From the NCBI GenBank assembly GCA_016699105.1, contig CP064960.1, positions 200,727 through 264,726 on the forward strand: a DNA stretch of 64,000 bases. The letters are read 5' to 3'. How positions within the stretch are numbered: the stretch's first letter is position 1; every line of letters begins with the position of its first letter. The DNA comes from a bacterium. GTDB taxonomy: Bacteria; Patescibacteriota; Saccharimonadia; UBA4664. The notes beneath the pieces are model-generated. The model had not been told where the DNA came from, searched no databases, and saw nothing but the letters and a program-made list of their open reading frames with translations. A program made the position numbers and the translations under genes. Shown one piece after another: positions 51,548-60,544 of this stretch.

Positions 51548-52701
51548 TGAAGGGCATGAAGATGATAGCTGTTGATGCCCGGATGTTTGGTCCACGCCGT
51601 TGGACTGGCATTGGCCGGTATGTCCAAAATTTGGCCCAGGAACTGGAACTGCTCGATGACAGCCATGAATATACCTGGTTGGTGGGACCAGAAGGGCAAA
51701 CCGAATACCAACCACAAGCGGCACACTTTCACAAAACGCTGGCACCAGAGCCAATTTATAGCCTGGCTGAGCAATGGAGCCTGTACCGGCGACTAGCTCG
51801 ATTGCAGCCCGATCTCGTCCACTTTGTGGCACCCAACGCACCCCTGTTGTGGCGGGGCCGCCGCGTAACTACGGTGCATGATTTAACGTTACTCGACTAC
51901 AGCACCGACCGGCGTCAAGGTTTGCTGCGCATGGTAGGTTGGTTGAAGCGATGGGTCTTTCGTGCAGTGCTTGTAGCTGGTGTCCGTCGTTCGACCGTTG
52001 TTCTGACCCCGAGCCATTATGTGAAAGATAAACTAGTCGAACGATTGCGCGTGCCGGCTTCAAAAATAGTGGTCACACCGTTGGCAGTGAGCCGGGATCG
52101 ACAGGAGGGTGAAGCGCCGGTCAAACCCAATCTCGAACGGTTTGGGCTGGGAACGGATTACCTCCTCAATGTCGGCAATTGTTATCCTTACAAGAATGTC
52201 GGATTGGCGATCCAAGCCCTGGCAATACTCCATAAACGCCGGCCCCAATTGCAATTGGTACTTGTCGGCCGTGATGATTATTTCCGTCTAAAGCTTAAGC
52301 GTTATGCGGAAGAACTGGGGGTACAACACCAGGTCATTTTCGCGGGGGATGTGACTGACCAGGAATTGAACGCACTCTATAGTGGTGCCAAAGCCTATGT
52401 CTATCCATCTTTGTCGGAAGGGTTTGGATTGCAAGGCCTGGAGGCCATGGATCAGGGAGTACCAGTATTGGCAGCCCAGGCATCGTGTTTGCCCGAGACG
52501 TGCGGCGATGCGGCCGAGTACTTTGATCCCTACGACGCCAATGATTTGGCCGCCAAGATTGAGGCGGTGTTAGCTGACGCCCGTTGGCGACAACGCCTGA
52601 TTGCAGCGGGCCATGAGCACGTCAAACAATATAGTTGGCAACAGACGGCCAAGCTCACGCTGGCGGCTTATCGTCAGGCGCTCGACGAACCGAAGTTATA
52701 A
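51547..52701 (+). CDS. Glycosyltransferase family 4.
   Basis: …EGFGLQGLEAMDQGVPVLAAQASCLPETCGDAAEYFDP…. Confidence 0.85.
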   Translation: MKGMKMIAVDARMFGPRRWTGIGRYVQNLAQELELLDDSHEYTWLVGPEGQTEYQPQAAHFHKTLAPEPIYSLAEQWSLYRRLARLQPDLVHFVAPNAPLLWRGRRVTTVHDLTLLDYSTDRRQGLLRMVGWLKRWVFRAVLVAGVRRSTVVLTPSHYVKDKLVERLRVPASKIVVTPLAVSRDRQEGEAPVKPNLERFGLGTDYLLNVGNCYPYKNVGLAIQALAILHKRRPQLQLVLVGRDDYFRLKLKRYAEELGVQHQVIFAGDVTDQELNALYSGAKAYVYPSLSEGFGLQGLEAMDQGVPVLAAQASCLPETCGDAAEYFDPYDANDLAAKIEAVLADARWRQRLIAAGHEHVKQYSWQQTAKLTLAAYRQALDEPKL

Positions 52702-55416
52702 CCAACGGTTGAATCGGCGAACATACCAGACTTTGGCAAGTTGGGCGACGACGGCATAGCCAACTAATATAGCTACGAGCCAACCAAAATAAGCTATGGG
52801 CAGTGGCTGCAATCCGATAGCAGAACCGGCGGTCGTAAATGGTAGCGCCACGCCAACGGCGGCCGCAAGCATAGTGAGTATTAACACCGGCCGAGAAGGC
52901 AAACTCTGAACAAAAGGGATGCGCTGGGTGCGAATCATATAAACGATGAGGGTCTGCGATAATAACCCTTCCACAAACCAACCAGATTGAAACAGGCTTT
53001 GATGGGCGGCAGTCTGGGCTGAAAATACAAACCACATAACGGCAAAGGTCAGCAAATCAAATATTGAGCTCAAAGGACCGATACTGAGCATAAATTGGGC
53101 GATTCCCGTGGCATCCCACTCCCGGGGTGTTGCCAAAAATTCTTTGTCCATGCCATCCCACGGCAATGAGAATTGCGATAGGTCGTAGATGAGGTTTTGG
53201 ACCAGTAAATGTATCGGTAACATAGGTAAGAACGGTAGAAATGCACTGGCTACCAACACGCTGAGCATATTACCGAAGTTCGAGCTAACCGTCATCTTGA
53301 TGTATTTCATGATGTTGCCGAAGACCGTCCGTCCCTGGATGACACCGTCGACAAGCACCATCAGGTCGTGCTTGAGCAGTACGATGTCGGCGGCTTCTTT
53401 GGCGATATCAACACCACCGTCGACTGAAATACCAACGTCTGATTGATGCATAGCCGCCGCATCGTTGACGCCATCACCCATATAGCCGACCGTATGGCCG
53501 TTGGTTCGCAATGCTTTGATGAGCCGGGCTTTTTGTAAAGGATCGACTTTGGCGAAGACACTGGCTTGCTCGACCGCGTGGCTGAGCTGCTTGTCGGATA
53601 AATGTTCAATTTGGTGGCCGAGTAAGACGCCGGTAACGGGAAAATCTACCTCCTGGCAGACTCGTTGGGTGACAACTTCGTTATCGCCAGTGATAATTTT
53701 AAGCTGGATACCATATGATTTGAGTGCATCAATTGCCTGTTTAGCGGTGGCTTTGGGTGGATCGAGAAAGGCGACAAACCCGATCAGATTGAGGCCCTCA
53801 TCATCGCCGGCCTCGACCGCTGAGGCAGTTGCGGGCATTGATTTGCTGCCAACTGCCAGCAAACGTAGCCCCGTGGCATTAAACTTGTCGGCCATCTGAA
53901 TCAGACGCTGACGAGCTGCCACGGTAAGGGGCCCAGTGTGGCCATCGGCATGTTCGAGTTTGGTTGATGCGGCAATGACTTCTTCGACTGCCCCCTTACA
54001 GATTAGCAGTCGGGTGCCATCGGGTTTTGCTACCAGTACCGACAATCGGCGGCGGGTGAAGTCGAACGGAATTTCATCCAGTTTGCGATAGCGGTCAAAT
54101 AGTTTTTGCTGGTTGTCGGGAAAATCATGGTAGTAATCGACGAGTGCCTGATCGAGCAAATTGCTCAGACCTGTCTGGAGGAAACTGTTGAGGTATGCCA
54201 AATCGAGTACACGATTGCTATCGTTGCCTTCCGTATCGAGATGACGAACTAAGGCGATGTGGTTTTCAGTCAAGGTGCCAGTTTTATCGGTACACAGCAC
54301 GTCCATGGCGCCGAAGTTTTGGATGGCATTGAGCTTCTTGATAATCACTTTCTTGCGAGCCATCAAGACGGCGCCCTTCGCAAGATTGGCAGTCACAACC
54401 ACTGCTAATAATTCGGGAGTCAGGCCGACAGCGACGGCCACCGCAAACAAAAAGGCACTTTGCCAATCGTGTTTGGTCAGACCATTGATCAAAAAGACGA
54501 GCGGTACCATCACTAGCATAAACCTTACCAACAGGGTGCCGACACTATTCACTCCCTTGTCAAAGCTCGTGAGCGGCCGATCTTGAATGACTTGCTGCGC
54601 TAATGATCCTAGATAGGTATTGGCGCCGGTGGCTATGATCACCGCCTGGGCAGTGCCGCTGACCACATTGGTGCCCGTAAAGCACAAGGTCGCCATTTCG
54701 AGAGGGTCAGTATTGTCAGCGGCAGATGGATCGGCAACCATCTTGGCCACGGGCATGGCCTCGCCTGTGAGCGCTGCTTGGCTGACATAGAGATCGTCGG
54801 CAGATAGTAGGCGGATATCGGCGGGAATCATGTCGCCGGCTGCGAGCGTAATAACATCGCCGGGGACTAAATGTGTAACTGGTATGCGCTCCGAGTCTTG
54901 ACCTGATTTTGAGGCATGCGATTGTCGCTTACCCGGGCGCAAGACGTTTGAACGATTTTGCACAAGTCGGCGCAGCGCGGTGGCGGCTTTTTGTGATTGA
55001 AACTCTTGCCAGAATCTTAAACCACCACTGAGCAGCACCATCGAACCAATGATAATAACTTTGGCCCAACTACGATCAGCTGGCGCCGGCAGCCAGACGT
55101 CAGTTATATACGAAATAGCTGATAACGCCGCCAAAATGAGGGTAAAAGGTGTGACAAAAGCTTGGCCAAATTGAACCCACCAGGGAGTAGGTCGCTCATG
55201 GACAATTTCATTGCGGCCAAATTGATTGAGGCGCTGCAGACTATCGCGACTGGTGAGCCCGTGGCTGGTAGTAGTCAGCTCAGTTAGTATCTCGTCCGGC
55301 GACAACAATCCGTAGCGACGAAGTTTTTTCACTAAGGCATCATCATGGTCGATACCGGCAATATCTATGCCCCGGTGATGATGTTTCGACAAGTACTCGG
55401 ATTTGGCGGTGCTCAC
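52696..55416 (-). CDS. mgtA: Magnesium-translocating P-type ATPase (MgtA-like, type IIIB).
   Basis: 906 aa. LTGEAMPV, …TPELLAVVVTANLAKGA…, AIQNFGAMDVLCTDKTGTLT, VITGDN and GDGVNDAAAM. Confidence 0.85.
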   Translation of the reverse strand: MSTAKSEYLSKHHHRGIDIAGIDHDDALVKKLRRYGLLSPDEILTELTTTSHGLTSRDSLQRLNQFGRNEIVHERPTPWWVQFGQAFVTPFTLILAALSAISYITDVWLPAPADRSWAKVIIIGSMVLLSGGLRFWQEFQSQKAATALRRLVQNRSNVLRPGKRQSHASKSGQDSERIPVTHLVPGDVITLAAGDMIPADIRLLSADDLYVSQAALTGEAMPVAKMVADPSAADNTDPLEMATLCFTGTNVVSGTAQAVIIATGANTYLGSLAQQVIQDRPLTSFDKGVNSVGTLLVRFMLVMVPLVFLINGLTKHDWQSAFLFAVAVAVGLTPELLAVVVTANLAKGAVLMARKKVIIKKLNAIQNFGAMDVLCTDKTGTLTENHIALVRHLDTEGNDSNRVLDLAYLNSFLQTGLSNLLDQALVDYYHDFPDNQQKLFDRYRKLDEIPFDFTRRRLSVLVAKPDGTRLLICKGAVEEVIAASTKLEHADGHTGPLTVAARQRLIQMADKFNATGLRLLAVGSKSMPATASAVEAGDDEGLNLIGFVAFLDPPKATAKQAIDALKSYGIQLKIITGDNEVVTQRVCQEVDFPVTGVLLGHQIEHLSDKQLSHAVEQASVFAKVDPLQKARLIKALRTNGHTVGYMGDGVNDAAAMHQSDVGISVDGGVDIAKEAADIVLLKHDLMVLVDGVIQGRTVFGNIMKYIKMTVSSNFGNMLSVLVASAFLPFLPMLPIHLLVQNLIYDLSQFSLPWDGMDKEFLATPREWDATGIAQFMLSIGPLSSIFDLLTFAVMWFVFSAQTAAHQSLFQSGWFVEGLLSQTLIVYMIRTQRIPFVQSLPSRPVLILTMLAAAVGVALPFTTAGSAIGLQPLPIAYFGWLVAILVGYAVVAQLAKVWYVRRFNRWL

Positions 55417-55440
55417 AGTCCGGCCTTTTTCCTTTGCGCG

Positions 55441-55938
55441 TTAGTCTGTGGCTGGTTGTTCGTCTTGCTCGGCTGGCTGGCCGGGTGCGGGGCTGACAAT
55501 GATGCGCCGGCCTTTGCCGACGCCGGTAGATTCGGAGTGGACGCCGGCAATCGTGCGCAAGGTCATATGGACGATGCGCCGCTCAGCTGGATTCATAGGT
55601 GCGAGCTCTTCGGATTGGTCGGCTTTCATTACCCGACTAGCGACTTCGTGCGCGAGCTCTTCGAGCGTCCGGCGGCGAGCTTGCTTATAACCGGCGATGT
55701 CGACCAAAATGCGCGGGGCATCGGGTTCTTGGCGCTTGATCATCTGGCTGACTAAATATTCGATGGCGCGCAATGTTTCGCCACGATGACCGATCAGTCG
55801 AGGGGTAGCTGGCGTGGCGTCAACCGATAATTCGATGCCGTCTTCGGTAACCTCGGCCGTGGCGTCAACATTCACACCCAAAAAGGATATGATTTCTTCC
55901 AAGCGTTGCTTGGCGATCTGAGCTGTTAATGAGTTCAC
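55441..55938 (-). CDS. khpB: KhpB/Jag/EloR RNA-binding protein (KH + R3H domains).
   Basis: 165 aa. C-terminal R3H (…AERRIVHMTL…). Confidence 0.8.
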   Translation of the reverse strand: MNSLTAQIAKQRLEEIISFLGVNVDATAEVTEDGIELSVDATPATPRLIGHRGETLRAIEYLVSQMIKRQEPDAPRILVDIAGYKQARRRTLEELAHEVASRVMKADQSEELAPMNPAERRIVHMTLRTIAGVHSESTGVGKGRRIIVSPAPGQPAEQDEQPATD

Positions 55939-56735
55939 TTTTTGCCTCCCTTAGATTTGCCCCGCCGGTGCGACTTGGGCTTAGCTGATGTGGAGGTAGA
56001 AGTAGTGACGACAACACCTTCTTCGAGTTCTTCGACGTCACGTTTGAGTACGAGATATTGTTGCAAGATAGCCATGAGGCTCGAGGTCAGCCAGTATAAG
56101 GCTAAGGCCGATGGCAGTTGCAAACCGATAATGAACGTAATACCCGGGAAGGTGTAGAGCATGATTTTCATGATCTGAGCCTGCGAGTCGTTGGACTGGT
56201 GCTTGGGAGTCAATTGCTTGGTTTGCACGAACTGAGCCAAGGCTGCCAAAAGAGCTAAGACGGCCGAAGCTTTGGTGAGGTCAATAAGCCCAAGCAAGGT
56301 GGGGCGGAAGGTAGCAGTGCCCGCGATAATATCGCGGACATTGGGTAAGTTCTGGAGGAATGGATAGGTAATTTTGGCGATTTCGCCGGTTTTAACGATA
56401 TCTTGGAGCACCAAGAATAGGGCGAAGAATATCGGCAATTGTATCAGTAGTGGCAAAAACGAGGCATAGGGATTGATCTCGCGCTCTTTGTACATTTCGA
56501 GTGTGAGCTGACCTTCGAGCGCCCGGTCGCCGGCGGCTTTTTCCTTGATTTTGGCGATTTCGGGAGCCAGTTCCTGAATAGCTCGTTGGTTGTGCAGCTG
56601 CTTGGTAACCAGCGGCCATAATACCAGGCGAACGAGAATTGTCAGGCCAATAACGGCCAAACCGAAGTCGGCGACAAAGGCGTATATTGCTACAAGCAAG
56701 TTAAATAACGGATAGACGAGTATGGTGTTAAACAT
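55935..56735 (-). CDS. yidC: Membrane protein insertase YidC, short monoderm type.
   Basis: 266 aa. …LTILVRLVLWPLVTKQLHNQRAIQELAPE… 60-kDa inner-membrane-protein core. Overlaps khpB. Confidence 0.9.
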   Translation of the reverse strand: MFNTILVYPLFNLLVAIYAFVADFGLAVIGLTILVRLVLWPLVTKQLHNQRAIQELAPEIAKIKEKAAGDRALEGQLTLEMYKEREINPYASFLPLLIQLPIFFALFLVLQDIVKTGEIAKITYPFLQNLPNVRDIIAGTATFRPTLLGLIDLTKASAVLALLAALAQFVQTKQLTPKHQSNDSQAQIMKIMLYTFPGITFIIGLQLPSALALYWLTSSLMAILQQYLVLKRDVEELEEGVVVTTSTSTSAKPKSHRRGKSKGGKK

Positions 56736-56760
56736 GAATCTTCACTTTTTCGTTAATCGT

Positions 56761-57129
56761 TTATGAGCTCATACTAACGCCGCTACGCTGGAGAGCCTGG
56801 TGAAGGGCGGACCGAATCGTGGCAACGTCAGATTGGCGAAAATCGGACTGGACAGTAATTACTATATCGTAACCTGGACTGACTGTCTCTAGGGAGCTGC
56901 GAAAAACTTCGATCAACTGCCGCCGAAGCCGGTTGCGCACAACGGCTCGTTTATCGATTTTCTTGGAAACTACCACCACCGCCCGGCTGGGTGGGGTCAG
57001 GCCCGCCACGGTTCGGGCTTGGGGTGTAGCTTTAATAGTGAGTAGCCCGTCACCACGACCAAAAACACCGCGTTGGTACACCCGGCTGATGGCGGAGCGG
57101 GACCGAAGACGGTGAATGGCAGGCAGCAT
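56761..57129 (-). CDS. rnpA: Ribonuclease P protein component.
   Basis: 122 aa, basic, RnpA fold motifs. Confidence 0.85.
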   Translation of the reverse strand: MLPAIHRLRSRSAISRVYQRGVFGRGDGLLTIKATPQARTVAGLTPPSRAVVVVSKKIDKRAVVRNRLRRQLIEVFRSSLETVSPGYDIVITVQSDFRQSDVATIRSALHQALQRSGVSMSS

Positions 57130-57137
57130 AGCTACCT

Positions 57138-57272
57138 CTAGATGGCGACGCGGTCGCGGCCCTTGAGCCGGCGGCGCTTCAATACAGCCTGGCCGGCACG
57201 GGTAGCCATACGGCCAAGGAATCCGTGAACCCGCTGACGGCGGCGTTTTTTGGGCTGGTATGTTCGCTTCAT
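57138..57272 (-). CDS. rpmH: 50S ribosomal protein L34.
   Basis: 44 aa [44 protein letters not shown]. Below the ORF-track cutoff; found by hand. Confidence 0.9.
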   Translation of the reverse strand: MKRTYQPKKRRRQRVHGFLGRMATRAGQAVLKRRRLKGRDRVAI

Positions 57273-57474
57273 AACTTGCGTATTCTACCTTATCTTGAGA
57301 GGTTGGTCAACTGATAACGAATGTCGGCTCGGATAAGGCTCTCAAGTGCGCAGCATTTATGTGAAAATTGATAATTGATACGTTGTAGCATATATATTTC
57401 ATATGCTGTGGCATATCATTTTGCGTTTGCACAAAAAAGTACATCACTTTATTAGATAAAGACACGCTATACTG
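57273..57474. promoter_or_regulatory. AT-rich intergenic region upstream of rpmH with DnaA-box-like motifs; candidate oriC fragment and/or divergent promoters.
   Basis: Several TTATC cores (cTTATCttg, cTGATAAcg, aTTGATAATTGATAcg, tTAGATAAAg). Perfect palindrome AGCATAT-N7-ATATGCT at 57388-57407. dnaA itself is not in the window. Confidence 0.3.
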
Positions 57475-58100
57475 ATGAATATGACATCTTTTGCTGCAAA
57501 TATTGTACTTCTACCGACTGATGAATTGGCCGATAAGGCTATTGCCGTCAGTCACCAGCTCCAGGAGTATGAGGCTTTATTTGAATTAAGCGGACACGGG
57601 CCATTCCCTCACGCCACACTTTATATGACCCAGTTGAGAGTCGAGGATACGCTCGAGGTGCAAGGAATACTCGCTGACTTAGCTGACAACACGCCACCGT
57701 TCTCGATGATCTCAACCCGCTACTTTCAGGATATGGGCTATTTTGATCCAGATTTTGAGAAGACTGATCGGATCGCCCAGCTCCAAATGGACGTCATTGC
57801 CGCTATCAACCCAATTCAGGATGGCATGCGCGAAAAGACAAGGCTCGTATGCTGGAAGCTACCGGCTTAGCTCGAGCTAACCTGGAACAATATGGTTATC
57901 AAGCTGTCGGCCAACTGTTCCGACCGCATATGACATTAACCCGTTTCGCTCATGGTAGGCAAATTGACACCTCAGCGTTGCCAGATCCCAAAGAATTTAG
58001 TGGTCAGTTTACTAAGTTTGGGCTATTTGAAATGGGCGACAACGGGACCTGTGCCCGGAAAATTGCTGAATTTGAACTCAAAGGCATAAAAACGGGGTGA
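57475..58100 (+). CDS. 2'-5' RNA ligase / LigT-like 2H phosphoesterase, read across a frame break.
   Basis: Two H-x-T-x motifs (HATLYMT in ORF 57475-57870 and HMTLTRF in ORF 57849-58100). Break near 57850. Confidence 0.6.
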
Positions 58101-58132
58101 CAGATCATTTAGATCTGCCACCCCGAGTGTGA

Positions 58133-58957
58133 TTACGCAGCGCGCAGTTGGTCGGCCCAAGCAACTGGGTCGATATGAATGATGCGGCAACCGGTCGCCA
58201 ATTCATACCCAGCCCGGGCGTATTTACGGCCAGTCACTCTGATCCGTGATGTTTCGGGGTCGAATATGACGTTGTAAGGCAGGCCCGGTTCCTGGGACTC
58301 AAGACACGCTAGCACTCGGCCCAGATCAGCAGATAGACCAGCGAGCAATTCATCGCTAGCCTCCCAGATCGGGACGGGGTCACGCGGAGCAATGATTGTT
58401 TCGAAATCGAACTCTGGCACTACCGGGATCAACGTCTGACACAATGTCGTCTGATTGACCGAGATAACAGCCTGGCCATAATCGGGAAACCTGACAGCTT
58501 GACCAGCAGGCAGGCCGACGATTTGGGCGTGTGGGTGCTCCTGGCTGGCGCCAGCGAGACGGCCGTTGTTGATGAATAGCGCGACCCGAATGCCCAGGTT
58601 GTGCCAGTACTTAACCCGGGCTCTGAGGTTCTGTAGAACCAGCAGAATATGTTGTGACCCGAGTTGAGCCAAGGTCGCGTCGTGGGAGGGACTGAAGATT
58701 ACGACTTCATGACAGTCATGCAGGGGCCACTTATTTCGAATAATGCGCAGGAGCCAGGTATGCTTCTGCGTCGGATGTGGTTGCCGAAGCACATCAACGT
58801 TTTCAGCTTCTTGTCCGGGACAGAAGGGACAGCCAGGTGGCCGCCGCCAGAACTGCCACCATTTGCGTTTCGTTCGATGCGAGATTCCAACTGGTCGGTG
58901 GTTTCTTTCGGGCGCGATGATCGTAATATTGCCGCCAACTATCTCAATGGTGGACAT
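58133..58957 (-). CDS. galT: Galactose-1-phosphate uridylyltransferase (HIT-like).
   Basis: CPFCPG zinc knuckle and HPHAQ active-site motif. 274 aa. Confidence 0.75.
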   Translation of the reverse strand: MSTIEIVGGNITIIAPERNHRPVGISHRTKRKWWQFWRRPPGCPFCPGQEAENVDVLRQPHPTQKHTWLLRIIRNKWPLHDCHEVVIFSPSHDATLAQLGSQHILLVLQNLRARVKYWHNLGIRVALFINNGRLAGASQEHPHAQIVGLPAGQAVRFPDYGQAVISVNQTTLCQTLIPVVPEFDFETIIAPRDPVPIWEASDELLAGLSADLGRVLACLESQEPGLPYNVIFDPETSRIRVTGRKYARAGYELATGCRIIHIDPVAWADQLRAA

Positions 58958-59084
58958 GCCAATTCATCCTTTGTGGGAGGCGGGAGGGAGTTGTTGTCGA
59001 GTTGCTATACCTATAAGGTATGGCGATCTTATATCATATTTTGATTTGGGTGTACAATTGCCATATCAGGAGAGGAGATCTTTG

Positions 59085-60533
59085 ATGACATGGTCATTCC
59101 GGGTGGCAGCCGTCTTAAGCGGTACTGCCCTATTATTGGGCTTTTTGTGGGTGTATTTATTTGACGGACCCGAACCAGGCATTAGTGTGCCGCTTTATTT
59201 GGCTATGTTGGTGGGCGGGGGCTGGGCAGCAACCCGATGGCTGGGACGGCCGGTGCGGCTCAATTGGTGGCTCCTGACTCCCCTGGCCAGTTTTGGACTG
59301 ATGGTCATGGTGCGATCCAGTGAGATGCTTATGGTGCTTAATATATTGGCATGCCTGGTACTGCTACTCGTGATTGTTGCGGATGGCCGGCCCGTGCGGG
59401 TCGAACGGTGGCATTGGCGGGAATGGATAACATTGCCGTTGGTGCCGATCAATTTATTTGAGCCGCTGGGCCGGGCGATTGGGGCGTTGAGCCAATACGA
59501 ACGGGGTGGACAAGTAACCGTAACGGTCAAACGAGTGCTGGTGGGGGTGTTGGTAGCAGTGCCATTGTTGGTGATATTTGGATCACTGTTTGCGACGGCC
59601 GATCCGACGTTTGCCAAATACGCGCAACAGATCTTCAATTTCCAGGCCGATCCCCAATTGATGCGCCAGATCGTGCAATCTTTGGTAGTGTCGGCAATTG
59701 TGCTGGGAACGCTCGGGTTTATGATGACGGCGACGTCAGCGGAACCGGGTAAGCGGATACTGGCTCGGCCGTTTGGTGATGTTGAAGCCATCGTCGCTTT
59801 AGGGCTGGTGGCAGTGTTGTTTGGGAGCTTCATTTTGATTCAGGTGTCGTACTTGTTTGGCGGCAATCAAAATATTGGCGCTGAGGGTCTCACCTACGCC
59901 GACTACGCAAGGCAGGGATTTTTTGAACTGCTGACGGTGGGTGTACTGACCTTGGGGACTTTGAGTTTGGCTGATCGGTTTACCCGCCAAAAAGCGAGCG
60001 GCCATGACGTACGATTTAAATGGCTGGGCAGTATTTTGGTGGTGGAAGTATTAGCTATTTTGGCTTCATCATTTCAACGTTTATGGCTTTACGAAGAGGC
60101 GTATGGGTATTCGGAGCTGCGTTTGTTTAGTCACGCATTTACCGTGCTCCTGGCCATCTTGTTTGGTCTGTTCGTGGTCAAACTGTGGCGCAACCATGAG
60201 GCCAGTTGGTGGCTGTGGCGCTCGTTTGGCGCCAGTATGGTGGCATTGATCGTGATGAACTTGGCCAACCCGGATGCCACCATCGCCCGGTTGAACTTAG
60301 ACCGATATGAGCGGACAGGTAAATTGGATGTAGCATATTTGGTGAGTCTGTCACCGGACGCCGTGCCCGTGACCGCCGAGTTTGCGCGGGGCGAAGGTGA
60401 CGTGCCTTCCTGGGTCCGGCGAGATCTGCGGACGACGGCTGAAACGCGCGGTTTCAACCAGACTCGTCCCGAATGGCAATCGTACAATTTGGGCTGGGAA
60501 GAAGCCGTGACGGCTATGCGCAATCTGCCCTAA
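59085..60533 (+). CDS. Polytopic membrane protein (DUF4153/DUF4173-like), hypothetical.
   Basis: About 482 aa from MTWSFRV…. The ORF is open from 58743 but the upstream part is Cys/Arg-rich junk. More than 10 TM helices. Confidence 0.5.
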   Translation: MTWSFRVAAVLSGTALLLGFLWVYLFDGPEPGISVPLYLAMLVGGGWAATRWLGRPVRLNWWLLTPLASFGLMVMVRSSEMLMVLNILACLVLLLVIVADGRPVRVERWHWREWITLPLVPINLFEPLGRAIGALSQYERGGQVTVTVKRVLVGVLVAVPLLVIFGSLFATADPTFAKYAQQIFNFQADPQLMRQIVQSLVVSAIVLGTLGFMMTATSAEPGKRILARPFGDVEAIVALGLVAVLFGSFILIQVSYLFGGNQNIGAEGLTYADYARQGFFELLTVGVLTLGTLSLADRFTRQKASGHDVRFKWLGSILVVEVLAILASSFQRLWLYEEAYGYSELRLFSHAFTVLLAILFGLFVVKLWRNHEASWWLWRSFGASMVALIVMNLANPDATIARLNLDRYERTGKLDVAYLVSLSPDAVPVTAEFARGEGDVPSWVRRDLRTTAETRGFNQTRPEWQSYNLGWEEAVTAMRNLP

Positions 60534-60544
60534 TGCGACTTGAA

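Noticed and set aside
58743-59084. The 5' extension of the 58743-60533 ORF (MRRSQVCFCVGCGCRSTST…).
   Set aside because: A Cys/Arg-rich segment overlapping the galT coding region on the opposite strand. The hydrophobic protein begins convincingly at Met 59085.
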